A DNA stretch of 55,083 nucleotides, from positions 1 through 55,083 of IMG/VR virus record IMGVR_UViG_2923307698_000002; one strand, 5' to 3'. Below, piece after piece: positions 36,624 through 48,132 of this stretch (positions are counted from its first letter, which is position 1; the number at the start of each line of letters is the position of its first letter). The notes under the pieces are model-generated. The model saw only the letters and a program-made list of their open reading frames with translations, was not told where the DNA came from and made no database searches. Position numbers and translations under genes: made by a program. This DNA is from a virus. Lineage: Duplodnaviria > Heunggongvirae > Uroviricota > Caudoviricetes.

Positions 36624-37202
36624 ATGAAGGGGCTTGAGAATGCCATCCGTAATCTGAACAGCCTTGATACCCGTATGGTGCCACAGGCCAGCGCATGGGC
36701 GATAAACCGTGTGGCACAGAAAGCGGTCTCGGTCGCCACCCGGCAGGTTGCCGGGAATACCGTTGCGGGAGATAACCAGGTGAAAGGGATCCCCCTGAAA
36801 CTGGTACGTCAGCGTGTCCGGGTGTTTAAAGCCAGTCCGTCAGGAAAAATGACGGCCAGGATCCGCGTTAACCGGGGCAATCTGCCCGCTATTAAGCTGG
36901 GGACAGCCCGGGTCAGACTGGCCCGGCGTGGTGGAAAACTGCAGTACCGTGGCAGTGTGCTGAAGGTGGGTAAATATCTTTTCCGGGATGCGTTTATTCA
37001 GCAACTGGCGAATGGTCGCTGGCATGTGATGCGGCGTATTGATGGCAAAAATCGTTACCCCATTGATGTGGTGAAAGTCCCGCTGTCCGGACCGCTGACA
37101 CAGGCATTTGAAGATGCCCGCGACCGCATTATTGCTGCGGAAATGCCGAAACAGCTGGGGTATGCACTGAAACAACAACTGAGGTTATGGCTGACCCGAT
37201 GA
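36624..37202 (+). CDS. tail completion protein (Z-like)
   Basis: 192 aa, basic; position before U. Confidence 0.5.
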   Translation: MKGLENAIRNLNSLDTRMVPQASAWAINRVAQKAVSVATRQVAGNTVAGDNQVKGIPLKLVRQRVRVFKASPSGKMTARIRVNRGNLPAIKLGTARVRLARRGGKLQYRGSVLKVGKYLFRDAFIQQLANGRWHVMRRIDGKNRYPIDVVKVPLSGPLTQAFEDARDRIIAAEMPKQLGYALKQQLRLWLTR

Positions 37203-37600
37203 ACCGACATACACAAATCCGCCAGGCCGTACTGGCACGCCTTCGGGAACAGTGTGGAGACAGCGCCACGTTTTTTGACGGGCTTCCGGCATTTATTGAT
37301 GCGCAGGAACTGCCTGCCGTGGCGGTGTGGCTGAGTGATGCTCAGTACACCGGAAAAATGACGGATGAAGATGACTGGCAGGCTGTTCTGCATATTGCTG
37401 TCTTCATCCGGGCACAGGCACCGGATTCAGAGCTGGATATGTGGATGGAGAGCACCATTTTCCCGGCTCTGAATGATATACCGGCACTTTCCGGACTCAT
37501 CGACACCCTGATCCCTCTCGGTTTTAACTATCAACGTGATAATGAGATGGCCACCTGGGCGATGGCGGAAATCACGTACCAGATCACGTACACGAATTAA
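37187..37600 (+). CDS. tail terminator protein U
   Basis: 137 aa; position before major tail protein. Confidence 0.7.
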   Translation: MADPMNRHTQIRQAVLARLREQCGDSATFFDGLPAFIDAQELPAVAVWLSDAQYTGKMTDEDDWQAVLHIAVFIRAQAPDSELDMWMESTIFPALNDIPALSGLIDTLIPLGFNYQRDNEMATWAMAEITYQITYTN

Positions 37601-37611
37601 AGGAGGTGGCA

Positions 37612-38355
37612 ATGACCACACCAAATCCACTGGCAAAAACGAAAGGTGCGGGAACGACGTTCTGGATGTACACCGGCAAGGGCGATGCGTTTGCGAACCC
37701 TTTATCGGACACTGACTGGCTGCGTCTTGCGATGGTGAAGGATCTGCAACCTGGCGAAATGACCGCTGATGCAGAAGATGACACTTATCTCGATGATGAA
37801 GATGCAGACTGGAAAACGACAACCCAGGGGCAGAAATCCGTCGGTGATACTTCGGCGACGCTGGCCTGGCGTCCGGGTGACAGCGGGCAGAAAAAACTGG
37901 TTCAGTTGTTCGACTCCGGTGAAGTCTGCGCGTTTCGTATCAAATATCCCAACGGCACTGTTGATGTTTTCCGTGGCTGGCTGAGCTCACTGGGTAAAAC
38001 CATTGCCTCAAAAGACGTGATGACCCGCACAGTGAAAATCAGCGGTGTGGGGCGTCCGCATCTGGCAGAGGAAGGCACTGAAACAGTGAGCGTTACCGGG
38101 CTGACGGTGGCACCGGCATCTGCCAGTGTAAAAGTGGGAGCAACCACCACGCTGACCTTTACAGTAAAACCTGACGGAGCCAGTGACAAAGCGATCAGTG
38201 TGCATTCGACAGATCCACAGACTGCCACGGTGACCCTGAACGGGCTTGTGGCCACGGTGAAAGGCGTGAAGCAGGGCAGTGTCAGCATTGTGGGCATGAC
38301 CGCTGACGGGAATTTTGTGGCTGTGGCTGCGGTGACTGTCAGCGCCGCAGGTTAA
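37612..38355 (+). CDS. major tail protein V with C-terminal Ig-like domain
   Basis: ATG 37612 after AGGAGG; C-terminal Ig-like repeat region (VSVTGLTVAP...). Confidence 0.8.
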   Translation: MTTPNPLAKTKGAGTTFWMYTGKGDAFANPLSDTDWLRLAMVKDLQPGEMTADAEDDTYLDDEDADWKTTTQGQKSVGDTSATLAWRPGDSGQKKLVQLFDSGEVCAFRIKYPNGTVDVFRGWLSSLGKTIASKDVMTRTVKISGVGRPHLAEEGTETVSVTGLTVAPASASVKVGATTTLTFTVKPDGASDKAISVHSTDPQTATVTLNGLVATVKGVKQGSVSIVGMTADGNFVAVAAVTVSAAG

Positions 38356-38374
38356 CAGGACGATACTCATCATT

Positions 38375-38399
38375 TGCCCCGGTTATTCGGGGCTTTTTT
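38375..38399 (+). terminator. rho-independent terminator/attenuator after V
   Basis: Hairpin GCCCCGG-ttatt-CGGGGC followed by T6. Confidence 0.5.
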
Positions 38400-38412
38400 A
38401 CAGGTGGAGAAC

Positions 38413-38802
38413 ATGATGTTTCTGAAACAGGACACGTTTAATTATGAAAAACAGTCCGTGGTGCTCAGTGAGCTGTCCGGGCTGCAGAGAATTGAATATC
38501 TGACGTTTGTTCAGCAGCGAACGGCAAAGTTTGATGCCGGGGAGGGAGAACTGCCGGAGGCTGAACGACAGATTGCTTTTCTGCGGATGGGGATGGATAT
38601 CAATGCCTGGCTGGTTTCCCGCTCACTGTGGAATGCGGAACAGTCTCAGGATGTTGAGACGCTTTACGCATCCGTTATTACAACATGGTCGTATGATGCC
38701 CTGGGTGCGGGGGCGGAGATGGTTCTGTCGCTGAGCGGTATGGGGGCCATTGATAATGCCGGGGATTTGGAGCATGAGGTGCTGACGCCGGAAAAGTCCT
38801 GA
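38413..38802 (+). CDS. tail assembly chaperone G
   Basis: Start at ATG 38413; position before tape measure. Confidence 0.7.
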   Translation: MMFLKQDTFNYEKQSVVLSELSGLQRIEYLTFVQQRTAKFDAGEGELPEAERQIAFLRMGMDINAWLVSRSLWNAEQSQDVETLYASVITTWSYDALGAGAEMVLSLSGMGAIDNAGDLEHEVLTPEKS

Positions 38803-39140
38803 CGCGGGAAATGCAGTTTGTCATGCGGCTTGCCCGGGAGTTCCGGCGGGCAGACTGGCGGCGGATGCTGTCGGAAATGTCGGCCACTGAGCTTGGTGAG
38901 TGGGGCGATTATTTCCGGATGCAGAGCTTCAGTGATGTGTGGATGGATGCGCAGTTTGCCTCGCTGAAGGCATTGATCGTGAGAATGGTGTCCGGCAGCA
39001 GTGATGCTGCGGTGGCTGATTTCAGCCTTTTACCGGAAGAGAACGGGATACCGGAGCGAACGGACGAAGAACTGATGCATCTTGGGGAAGGTATTTCCGG
39101 AGGTGTGCGTTATGGACCAGATAGCCAACCTGGTCATTGA
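38790..39140 (+). CDS. tail assembly chaperone T segment (expressed as G-T fusion by -1 frameshift)
   Basis: -1 frame is open from the end of G through 39140; slippery-like GGAAAAG near 38790-38796. Confidence 0.5.
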   Translation, partial: GKVLTREMQFVMRLAREFRRADWRRMLSEMSATELGEWGDYFRMQSFSDVWMDAQFASLKALIVRMVSGSSDAAVADFSLLPEENGIPERTDEELMHLGEGISGGVRYGPDSQPGH

Positions 39141-42100
39141 TTTGGGGATTGATGCGGCAGAGTTTAAAAATGAAATTCCCCGTATCAAAAACCTTCTGAA
39201 TGGTGCAGCCAGCGATGCAGAACGGTCTTCTGCCCGTATGCAGCGTTTTATGGAGCGTCAGACTCAGGCCGCCCGGCAGACAACGCAGGCGGCTTCTTCG
39301 GCTGCAACAGCCGCATCCGTCCATGCGCAGACGGTGGAGAAAAACGCACAGGCTCATGAACGCATGGCCCGCGAGGTGGAGAAAACCCGCCAGCGCATGG
39401 AGGCACTGAGCCAGAAAATGCGCGAGGAACAGGCGCAGGCCATGGCTCTGGCGGAGGCTCAGGATAAAGCGGCTGCCGCGTTTTATCGTCAGATTGACAG
39501 TGTAAAACAGGCCAGTGCGGGGCTGCAGGAATTACAGCGTATTCAGCAGCAGATCCGACAGGCCAGAAACAGTGGCGGGATTGGTCAGCAGGATTATCTG
39601 GCGCTGATTTCTGAGGTTACGGCGAAAACCCGTGTTCTTACACAGGCTGAGGAAGAGGCTACCCGACAGAAAGTGGCGTTTATCCGTCAGCTTAAAGAGC
39701 AGGCAACCCGCCAGAATCTTTCTTCTTCTGAGTTGCTTCGTGCTAAGGCTGCCCTGCTGGGGGTAAGCAGTGCTGCAGAAGTGTATATCCGCAAAATGGA
39801 GCAGGCAGGAAAAGCAACGCATTCGCTGGGTCTGAAAAGTGCAGCGGCCCGTCAGGAGATAGGCGTTCTGATAGGTGAACTGGCCCGCGGCAATTTAGGT
39901 GCGCTGAGGGGATCCGGAATAACGCTGGCTAACCGTGCCGGGTGGATAGACACACTGATGTCACCGAAAGGCATGATGCTTGGCGGGGTTATTGGCGGTA
40001 TTGCCGCGGCTGTCTATGGTCTGGGTAAAGCCTGGTATGACGGTCAGAAGGAGGGGGAAGAATTTAACCGCCAGCTGTCGCTGACGGGGCATTATGCCGG
40101 AGTCACTGCCGGGCAGCTGTGGACGCTCAGTCGTGCTATTTCCGGGAATGGTATCACGCAACATGCTGCAGCCGGTGCGCTGGCTCAGGTGGTGGGGAGT
40201 GGTGCATTTCGTGGAAACGATATCGGTATGGTGGCGAGAGCTGCCGCACAGATGGAGCGATCGGTTGGCCAGTCGGTCAGCGATACCATAAATCAGTTTA
40301 AGCGGCTGAAGGATGATCCTGTAAATGCCGCGAAGGCTCTGGACAATGAGCTGCATTTTCTTACTGCCACTCAGCTTGAGCAGATACGCGTCCTTGGGGA
40401 ACAGGGGCGGTCCAGTGATGCGGCACGGATAGCCATGTCTGCACTGGCAGAGGAAACCGGTCGGCGTACTGCGGATATTGATAATAACCTCAATGCGCTG
40501 GGCAGTACGCTGAAGTATCTGTCTGATTTATGGAGTCGTTTCTGGGATGCGGCCATGAATATTGGTCGTGAAGACTCGCTGGATGAACAGATTTCCGCTT
40601 TACAGGAGAAAGTGTCGCGGGCGAAAAGACTCCCCTGGACGGCATCATCTTCTCAGGTTGAGTACGATCAGCAGCGTCTTAACGAGCTTCAGGAGAAAAA
40701 ACGCCAGAAGGATTTGCAGGATGCAAAAGAGCAGGCAGAGCGGAATTATCAGGAGCAACAGAAACGCCGTAATGCTGAAAATGCTGCACTGAACCGGATG
40801 AATGAAACGGAAGCAGCACGACATCAGCGTGAAATTGCGCGTATTAATGCCATGCAGTACGCCGATCAGGCTGTCAGGGATGCGGCGATACAACGTGAAA
40901 ATGAACGTTACGAGAAAGCCCTGGCATCCGGTAAGAAAAAAACACGCGAAACCCGTAATGATGAGGCCACCCGGTTATTGCTGCAGTACAGTCAGCAACA
41001 GGCACAGGTGGAAGGACAGATTGCTGCTGCAAGACAGTCAGCAGGCATTGCCACTGACAGGATGACAGAAGCGCATAAACAGCTTCTGGCTCTGCAGCAG
41101 CGCATCAGCGATCTGGACGGGAAAAAACTGACGGCAGATGAAAAGAGTGTGCTGGCCCGTAAAGATGAACTGATTCAGGCACTGACGCTGCTGGATGTAA
41201 AACAGCAGGAGCTTCAGAAACAGACGGCACTCAACGATCTGAAGAAAAAAACAATTCAGCTGACCAGTCAACTGGCTGAAGAAGAGCGCGCTCAGCGCCA
41301 GCAACATGACCTGGATATCGCCACGGTGGGTATGGGTGATCAGCAGCGGCAGCGATATCAGGTACAACTGAGTCTTCGCCAGAAATACCAGCAACAGCTG
41401 GAGCAGTTGAGGCGGGATAGTGAGCAGAAAGGAACATATAACACGGATGACTACAGAAAGGCCGAGCAGGCGCTGACGGAGAGCCTGAACCGACAACTGA
41501 ATGAGAATCGCCGTTACTGGCAACAGCTTGAAATTGCTCAGGGTAACTGGAAAAACGGTGCCATGCGGGCGTTTCAGAATTTCACGGCAGATGCGGATAA
41601 TGCGGCAGGAACTGCTGAGCAGATGCTTACAGCGGCATTTAACAGTGCAGGTAATGCACTGGCAACCTTCTGTACCACCGGAAAACTGAACTTCAAATCT
41701 TTTACCGCCTCGCTCCTTTCTGATCTAGCAAAAATCATGGCCAAGATGTCCATGATGCAGGCAGTTAAGGGGGTTGGTTCGGCGTTTGGCTGGGGGAGTG
41801 CAGCAACTGCCAGTGTGACGCCCAATGCTGATGGTGGTGTTTATCAGTCTGCTGATTTGAGTCGCTACAGTGGCACAGTGGTTAACCGTCCGACGTTTTT
41901 TGCTTTTGCAAAAGGTGCAGGTGTGATGGGGGAAGCTGGGCCTGAAGCCATTCTGCCACTGCGTCGTGGTGCTGACGGTAAGCTGGGGGTTGTGGCGGAT
42001 ATTGGTGGTTCAGGTATGGCGATGTTTGCCCCGCAGTACAACATTGAGATCAATAACGATGGCACGAACGGGCAGATAGGTCCGGCTGCCCTGAAGGTGG

Positions 42101-42186
42101 TTTATGACCTCGGGAAAAAAGCAGCAGCGGACTTTATGCAACAGCAGTCCCGTGATGGTGGTCTGTTCTCCGGAGGTGGACGATGA
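39112..42186 (+). CDS. tail tape measure protein H
   Basis: About 1025 aa, coiled-coil-rich, Gly-rich C-terminus; ATG 39112 after GGAGG. Confidence 0.85.
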   Translation: MDQIANLVIDLGIDAAEFKNEIPRIKNLLNGAASDAERSSARMQRFMERQTQAARQTTQAASSAATAASVHAQTVEKNAQAHERMAREVEKTRQRMEALSQKMREEQAQAMALAEAQDKAAAAFYRQIDSVKQASAGLQELQRIQQQIRQARNSGGIGQQDYLALISEVTAKTRVLTQAEEEATRQKVAFIRQLKEQATRQNLSSSELLRAKAALLGVSSAAEVYIRKMEQAGKATHSLGLKSAAARQEIGVLIGELARGNLGALRGSGITLANRAGWIDTLMSPKGMMLGGVIGGIAAAVYGLGKAWYDGQKEGEEFNRQLSLTGHYAGVTAGQLWTLSRAISGNGITQHAAAGALAQVVGSGAFRGNDIGMVARAAAQMERSVGQSVSDTINQFKRLKDDPVNAAKALDNELHFLTATQLEQIRVLGEQGRSSDAARIAMSALAEETGRRTADIDNNLNALGSTLKYLSDLWSRFWDAAMNIGREDSLDEQISALQEKVSRAKRLPWTASSSQVEYDQQRLNELQEKKRQKDLQDAKEQAERNYQEQQKRRNAENAALNRMNETEAARHQREIARINAMQYADQAVRDAAIQRENERYEKALASGKKKTRETRNDEATRLLLQYSQQQAQVEGQIAAARQSAGIATDRMTEAHKQLLALQQRISDLDGKKLTADEKSVLARKDELIQALTLLDVKQQELQKQTALNDLKKKTIQLTSQLAEEERAQRQQHDLDIATVGMGDQQRQRYQVQLSLRQKYQQQLEQLRRDSEQKGTYNTDDYRKAEQALTESLNRQLNENRRYWQQLEIAQGNWKNGAMRAFQNFTADADNAAGTAEQMLTAAFNSAGNALATFCTTGKLNFKSFTASLLSDLAKIMAKMSMMQAVKGVGSAFGWGSAATASVTPNADGGVYQSADLSRYSGTVVNRPTFFAFAKGAGVMGEAGPEAILPLRRGADGKLGVVADIGGSGMAMFAPQYNIEINNDGTNGQIGPAALKVVYDLGKKAAADFMQQQSRDGGLFSGGGR

Positions 42187-42512
42187 AAACCTTCCGCTGG
42201 AAAGTGAAACCCGGTATGGATGTGGCTTCGGCCCCTTCCGTAAGAAAGGTGCGCTTTGGTGATGGCTATTCTCAGCGTGCGCCTGCCGGGCTGAACGCTG
42301 ACCTGAAAACGTACAGCGTGACGCTTTCTGTTCCCCGCGAGGAGGCCACGGCACTGGAATCGTTTCTGGCTGAGCACGGGGGCTGGAAGGCCTTTCTGTG
42401 GACGCCGCCTTATGGCTACCGGCAGATAAAGGTGACCTGCGCAAAATGGTCGTCGCGGGTCAGTATGTTGCGTGTTGAGTTTAGCGCAGAGTTTGAACAG
42501 GTGGTGAACTGA
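42183..42512 (+). CDS. minor tail protein M
   Basis: 109 aa, ATGA-coupled after H; lambda order. Confidence 0.85.
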   Translation: MKTFRWKVKPGMDVASAPSVRKVRFGDGYSQRAPAGLNADLKTYSVTLSVPREEATALESFLAEHGGWKAFLWTPPYGYRQIKVTCAKWSSRVSMLRVEFSAEFEQVVN

Positions 42513-43210
42513 TGCAGGATATCCGACAGGACACACTGAATGAATGCACCCGTGCGGATCAGTCGGCCAGTGTGGTGCTCTGGGAAATCGATCTGACAGA
42601 GATCGGTGGAGAACGTTATTTTTTCTGTAATGAGCAGAACGAAAAAGGTGAGCCGGTCACCTGGCAGGGGAGACAATATCAGGCGTATCCCATTCAGGGG
42701 AGTGGTTTTGAACTGAATGGCAAAGGCACCAGTACGCGCCCCACGCTGGCAGTCTCTAACCTGTATGGCATGGTCACCGGGATGGCGGAAGATCTGCAGA
42801 GTCTGGTCGGCGGAACGGTGGTCAGGCGTAAGGTTTACGCCCGTTTTCTGGATGCGGTGAACTTCGTCAACGGAAACAGCGACGCCGATCCGGAGCAGGA
42901 GGTGATCAGTCGCTGGCGCATCGAGCAGTGCAGCGAACTGAGCGCGGTGAGTGCCTCTTTTGTACTGTCCACGCCGACGGAAACGGACGGCGCTGTTTTT
43001 CCGGGACGTATCATGCTGGCCAACACCTGCACTTGGACCTATCGCGGCGATGAGTGCGGTTATCACGGTCCGGCTGTCGCGGATGAATATGACCAGCCAA
43101 CGTCCGATATCACGAAGGATAAATGCAGCAAATGCCTGAGCGGTTGTAAGTTCCGCAATAACGTCGGCAACTTTGGCGGCTTCCTTTCCATTAACAAACT
43201 TTCGCAGTAA
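42512..43210 (+). CDS. minor tail protein L
   Basis: 232 aa; lambda gene order; conserved Cys cluster at C-terminus. Confidence 0.85.
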   Translation: MQDIRQDTLNECTRADQSASVVLWEIDLTEIGGERYFFCNEQNEKGEPVTWQGRQYQAYPIQGSGFELNGKGTSTRPTLAVSNLYGMVTGMAEDLQSLVGGTVVRRKVYARFLDAVNFVNGNSDADPEQEVISRWRIEQCSELSAVSASFVLSTPTETDGAVFPGRIMLANTCTWTYRGDECGYHGPAVADEYDQPTSDITKDKCSKCLSGCKFRNNVGNFGGFLSINKLSQ

Positions 43211-43215
43211 ATCCC

Positions 43216-43959
43216 ATGACACAGACAGAATCAGCGATTCTGGCGCACGCCCGGCGATGTGCGCCAGCGGAGTCGTGCGGCTTCGTGGTGAGAACGCCGG
43301 AGGAGGAAAGATATTTTCCCTGCGTGAATATCTCCGGTGAGCCGGAGGCGTATTTCCGTATGTCGCCGGAAGACTGGCTGCAGGCAGAAATGCAGGGTGA
43401 GATTGTGGCGCTGGTCCACAGCCACCCCGGTGGTCTGCCCTGGCTGAGTGAGGCCGACAGGCGGCTGCAGGTGCAGAGTGATTTGCCGTGGTGGCTGGTC
43501 TGCCGGGGAGTGATTCATAAGTTCCGCTGTGTGCCGCATCTCACCGGGCGGCGTTTTGAGCACGGGGTGACAGACTGTTATACGCTGTTCCGCGATGCCT
43601 ATCATCTTGCAGGTATCGATTTGCCGGATTTTTACCGACATGATGACTGGTGGAAATCAGGTCAGAATCTCTATCTGGATAATCTGGAGGCCATAGGGCT
43701 GTATCAGGTGCCGTTGTCATCAGCACAACCGGGCGATGTGCTGCTGTGCTGCTTTGGTTCATCGGTGCCGAATCATGCCGCCATTTACTGTGGTGACGGC
43801 GAGCTGCTGCACCATATTCCTGAACAACTGAGCAAACGAGAGAGGTATACCGACAAATGGCAGCGACGCACACACTCCCTCTGGCGTCACCAGGCATGGC
43901 ACGCATCTGCCTTTACGGGGATTTACAACGATTTGGCCGCCGCATCGATCTGCGTGTGA
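43216..43959 (+). CDS. tail assembly protein K (NlpC/P60 and JAB/MPN-like)
   Basis: HSHP motif (JAB-like) and C-terminal Cys/His peptidase-like region. Confidence 0.85.
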   Translation: MTQTESAILAHARRCAPAESCGFVVRTPEEERYFPCVNISGEPEAYFRMSPEDWLQAEMQGEIVALVHSHPGGLPWLSEADRRLQVQSDLPWWLVCRGVIHKFRCVPHLTGRRFEHGVTDCYTLFRDAYHLAGIDLPDFYRHDDWWKSGQNLYLDNLEAIGLYQVPLSSAQPGDVLLCCFGSSVPNHAAIYCGDGELLHHIPEQLSKRERYTDKWQRRTHSLWRHQAWHASAFTGIYNDLAAASICV

Positions 43960-44504
43960 AAACGGGGGCCGAAGCCATCCGGGCGCTGGCCATGCAGATC
44001 CCGGCGTTTCGTCAGAAGCTGAGCGACGGCTGGTATCAGGTACGCATTGCCGGGCGTGATACAGGTGAAACGGAATTATCAGCCCGTCTTAATGAACCGC
44101 TGGCAAATGGTGCTGTGATCCATATCGTGCCGCGTCTGGCAGGAGCCAAAAGTGGCGGTGTGTTTCAGGTGGTGCTTGGGGCGGCGCTGATTGCGGTGGC
44201 ATGGTGGAACCCTGTGGGCTGGCTGGGGGCCGCGGCTGTATCGGGCATGTATGCGGCAGGGGCCAGTATGATCCTGGGCGGAGTGGCGCAGATGCTGGCA
44301 CCGAAAGCCAGGACGCCCACGGCAGCCAGTACAGATAACGGCAAACAGAACACCTATTTCTCCTCACTGGATAACATGGTTGCCCAGGGCAATGTTCTGC
44401 CTGTTCTGTACGGTGAAATGCGCGTGGGGTCACGTGTGGTTTCTCAGGAGATCAGCACGGCAGACGAAGGGGATGGTGGTCAGGTTGTGGTGATTGGTCG
44501 CTGA
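43857..44504 (+). CDS. tail assembly protein I
   Basis: Overlaps K; hydrophobic Gly-rich middle; start may be ATG 43896. Confidence 0.75.
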   Translation: MAATHTLPLASPGMARICLYGDLQRFGRRIDLRVKTGAEAIRALAMQIPAFRQKLSDGWYQVRIAGRDTGETELSARLNEPLANGAVIHIVPRLAGAKSGGVFQVVLGAALIAVAWWNPVGWLGAAAVSGMYAAGASMILGGVAQMLAPKARTPTAASTDNGKQNTYFSSLDNMVAQGNVLPVLYGEMRVGSRVVSQEISTADEGDGGQVVVIGR

Positions 44505-44564
44505 TGCAAAATGTTTTATGTGAAACCGCCTCCGGGCGGTTTTGTCGTTTATGGAGCGTGAGGA

Positions 44565-47500
44565 ATGGGTAAAGGCAGCAGTAAGGGGCATACCCCGCGC
44601 GAAGCAAAGGACAACCTGAAGTCCACGCAGTTGCTGAGTGTGATCGATGCCATCAGCGAAGGGCCGGTTGAAGGTCCGGTGGATGGATTAAAAAGCGTGC
44701 TGCTGAACAGTACACCGGTGCTGGACAGTGAGGGGAATACTAACATCTCTGGTGTCACGGTGGTGTTCCGGGCAGGTGAGCAGGAACAGACACCGCCGGA
44801 GGGATTTGAATCATCAGGTTCCGAGACGGTACTGGGTACGGAAGTGAAATACGACACGCCGATCACCCGGACCATCACGTCGGCAAACATTGACCGTCTG
44901 CGCTTTACCTTCGGTGTGCAGGCACTGGTGGAAACCACCTCAAAGGGGGACCGGAATCCGTCGGAAGTTCGCCTGCTGGTTCAGATACAGCGTAATGGTG
45001 GCTGGGTGACGGAAAAAGACATCACCATTAAGGGCAAAACCACCTCGCAGTATCTGGCCTCGGTGGTGGTGGATAACCTGCCGCCGCGCCCGTTTAATAT
45101 CCGGATGCGCAGAATGACGCCGGACAGCACCACAGACCAGCTGCAGAACAAAACGCTCTGGTCGTCATACACCGAAATCATCGATGTGAAACAGTGCTAC
45201 CCGAACACGGCACTGGTCGGCGTACAGGTGGATTCGGAGCAGTTCGGCAGCCAGCAGGTGAGCCGTAATTATCATCTGCGCGGGCGTATTCTGCAGGTAC
45301 CGTCGAATTATAACCCGCAGACGCGGCAATACAGCGGTATCTGGGACGGAACGTTTAAACCGGCATACAGCAACAACATGGCCTGGTGTCTGTGGGATAT
45401 GCTGACCCACCCGCGCTACGGCATGGGGAAACGTCTTGGTGCGGCAGATGTGGATAAATGGGCGCTGTATGTCATCGGCCAGAATTGCGACCAGTCGGTG
45501 CCGGATGGTTTTGGCGGCACGGAGCCGCGCATCGCCTGTAATGCGTACCTGACCACACAGCGCAAGGCGTGGGATGTGCTCAGTGATTTCTGCTCGGCGA
45601 TGCGCTGTATGCCGGTATGGAACGGGCAGACGCTGACGTTCGTGCAGGACCGACCGTCGGATAAGGTGTGGACCTATAACCGCAGTAATGTGGTGATGCC
45701 GGATGATGGCGCGCCGTTCCGCTACAGCTTCAGCGCCCTGAAGGACCGCCATAATGCCGTTGAGGTGAACTGGATTGACCCGAATAACGGCTGGGAGACG
45801 GCGACAGAGCTTGTGGAGGACACGCAGGCCATTGCCCGTTACGGTCGTAACGTCACGAAGATGGATGCCTTTGGCTGTACCAGCCGGGGGCAGGCACACC
45901 GCGCCGGGCTGTGGCTGATTAAAACAGAACTGCTGGAAACGCAGACCGTGGACTTCAGCGTGGGTGCCGAAGGGCTTCGCCATGTACCGGGCGATGTCAT
46001 TGAAATCTGCGATGATGACTATGCCGGTATCCGCACCGGCGGGCGCGTGCTGGCGGTAAACAGCCAGACCCGGACGCTGACGCTCGACCGTGAAATCACG
46101 CTGCCATCTTCCGGCACCACGCTGATAAGCCTGGTTGACGGGCAGGGGAGTCCGGTCAGCGTGGAGGTTCAGTCCGTCACCGACGGCGTGAAGGTGAAAG
46201 TGAGCCGTGTTCCTGACGGCGTTGCTGAATACAGCGTATGGGGGCTGAAGCTGCCGACGTTGCGCCAGCGCCTGTTCCGCTGCGTGAGTATCCGTGAGAA
46301 CGACGACGGCACGTATGCCATCACCGCCGTGCAGCATGTACCGGAAAAAGAGGCCATCGTGGATAACGGGGCGCACTTTGACGGCGACCAGAGCGGCACG
46401 GTAAATGGTGTCACGCCGCCAGCGGTGCAGCACCTGACCGCAGAAGTCACCGCAGACAGCGGGGAATATCAGGTGCTGGCGCGCTGGGACACGCCGAAGG
46501 TGGTGAAGGGGGTGAGCTTCCTGCTTCGCCTGACCGTGGCAGCGGACGATGGCAGTGAGCGGCTGGTCAGTACGGCCAGGACGACGGAAACCACATACCG
46601 CTTCACGCAACTGGCGCTGGGGAACTACAGGCTGACTGTCCGGGCGGTAAATGCGTGGGGACAGCAGGGCGAACCGGCATCGGTATCGTTCCGGATTGCC
46701 GCACCGGCAGCGCCGTCTCGGATTGAGCTGACACCGGGCTATTTTCAGATAACCGCCACGCCGCATCTTGCGGTTTATGATCCGACGGTACAATTTGAGT
46801 TCTGGTTCTCGGAAACGCGGATTACCGATATCAGGCAGGTTGAAACCACAGCCCGCTACCTTGGCACGGGGCTGTACTGGATAGCCGCCAGTATCAATAT
46901 CAAACCGGGCCATGATTATTACTTTTATATCCGCAGTGTGAACACCGTTGGCAAATCGGCATTCGTGGAGGCTGTCGGTCAGCCGAGTGATGATGCATCA
47001 GGCTATCTGGATTTTTTCAAAGGCGAGATAGGGAAAACCCATCTGGCTCAGGAGCTGTGGACGCAGATTGATAACGGTCAGCTTGCGCCTGACCTGACTG
47101 AAATCAGGACGTCCATAACGGATGTCAGCAATGAAATAACACAGACCGTCAATAAGAAACTGGAAGACCAGAGTGCAGCGATCCAGCAGATACAGAAGGT
47201 TCAGGTTGATACAAATAATAACCTGAACAGCATGTGGGCAGTGAAGCTGCAGCAGATGCAGGACGGACGCCTTTATATTGCGGGTATCGGTGCCGGTATT
47301 GAGAACACCCCTGACGGCATGCAGAGTCAGGTGCTGCTGGCAGCAGACAGGATTGCGATGATTAATCCTGCGAATGGCAACACAAAGCCGATGTTTGTTG
47401 GTCAGGGCGATCAGATATTCATGAATGAAGTGTTCCTGAAACGCCTGACGGCCCCCACCATTACCAGCGGCGGTAATCCTCCGGCATTTTCCCTGACATC

Positions 47501-48062
47501 AGACGGGAGACTGACGGCGAAAAATGCGGATATCAGTGGCAGTGTGAATGCGAACTCAGGAACGCTCAACAATGTCACGATTAACCAGAACTGTACGATT
47601 AAGGGCATGCTGGAGGCGACCCAGGTCAGAGGAGATTTCGTTAAAGCTGTATCAAAAGCCTTCCCGAAAAAAGTCGGTACGTGGGGTAACACGGAAACAC
47701 CAAACGGTACGGTTACAGTCACCATCAGCGATGATCATAACTTTGACCGCCAGATTATTATTCCGCCCATTATTTTTAACGGTATAGCGTATGACGATCC
47801 GGGGAGCGGAAATAACCCAGGAGGCACGCGATACACGGGTTATGGTTTTGAAGTTCGCAAAAACGGCGTATTAATCGCATCCAGAGAAACTAAAGGGGCC
47901 ATTCCCGGTAGTTACAGTGCAGTTATTGATATGCCGAGTGGCAGGGGAAGCGTCACTCTGGAGTTTAAGATTTTCCAGAAAGGCAATCAGGGGGCAGGCA
48001 ATATCACCGACTGTACGGTGATTGTGACCAAAAAAGCCGCTTCCGGCATCAGTATTCGTTGA
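44565..48062 (+). CDS. central tail fibre / host specificity protein J
   Basis: 1165 aa; position and size as lambda gpJ. Confidence 0.9.
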   Translation: MGKGSSKGHTPREAKDNLKSTQLLSVIDAISEGPVEGPVDGLKSVLLNSTPVLDSEGNTNISGVTVVFRAGEQEQTPPEGFESSGSETVLGTEVKYDTPITRTITSANIDRLRFTFGVQALVETTSKGDRNPSEVRLLVQIQRNGGWVTEKDITIKGKTTSQYLASVVVDNLPPRPFNIRMRRMTPDSTTDQLQNKTLWSSYTEIIDVKQCYPNTALVGVQVDSEQFGSQQVSRNYHLRGRILQVPSNYNPQTRQYSGIWDGTFKPAYSNNMAWCLWDMLTHPRYGMGKRLGAADVDKWALYVIGQNCDQSVPDGFGGTEPRIACNAYLTTQRKAWDVLSDFCSAMRCMPVWNGQTLTFVQDRPSDKVWTYNRSNVVMPDDGAPFRYSFSALKDRHNAVEVNWIDPNNGWETATELVEDTQAIARYGRNVTKMDAFGCTSRGQAHRAGLWLIKTELLETQTVDFSVGAEGLRHVPGDVIEICDDDYAGIRTGGRVLAVNSQTRTLTLDREITLPSSGTTLISLVDGQGSPVSVEVQSVTDGVKVKVSRVPDGVAEYSVWGLKLPTLRQRLFRCVSIRENDDGTYAITAVQHVPEKEAIVDNGAHFDGDQSGTVNGVTPPAVQHLTAEVTADSGEYQVLARWDTPKVVKGVSFLLRLTVAADDGSERLVSTARTTETTYRFTQLALGNYRLTVRAVNAWGQQGEPASVSFRIAAPAAPSRIELTPGYFQITATPHLAVYDPTVQFEFWFSETRITDIRQVETTARYLGTGLYWIAASINIKPGHDYYFYIRSVNTVGKSAFVEAVGQPSDDASGYLDFFKGEIGKTHLAQELWTQIDNGQLAPDLTEIRTSITDVSNEITQTVNKKLEDQSAAIQQIQKVQVDTNNNLNSMWAVKLQQMQDGRLYIAGIGAGIENTPDGMQSQVLLAADRIAMINPANGNTKPMFVGQGDQIFMNEVFLKRLTAPTITSGGNPPAFSLTSDGRLTAKNADISGSVNANSGTLNNVTINQNCTIKGMLEATQVRGDFVKAVSKAFPKKVGTWGNTETPNGTVTVTISDDHNFDRQIIIPPIIFNGIAYDDPGSGNNPGGTRYTGYGFEVRKNGVLIASRETKGAIPGSYSAVIDMPSGRGSVTLEFKIFQKGNQGAGNITDCTVIVTKKAASGISIR

Positions 48063-48084
48063 AATATTTATAACCCCAATAAAG

Positions 48085-48108
48085 GGCGTCAGGAATGACG
48101 CCTTTTTT
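48085..48108 (+). terminator. rho-independent terminator after J
   Basis: Hairpin GGCGTC-aggaat-GACGCC followed by T6. Confidence 0.6.
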
Positions 48109-48132
48109 ATTGCAGAAAAGCGAGAGGTAATT

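Noticed and set aside
45165-46913. 582-aa antisense ORF inside J
   Set aside because: It is fully contained antisense within the well-supported J gene, with an Arg/Pro-rich composition typical of a spurious GC-rich antisense frame.
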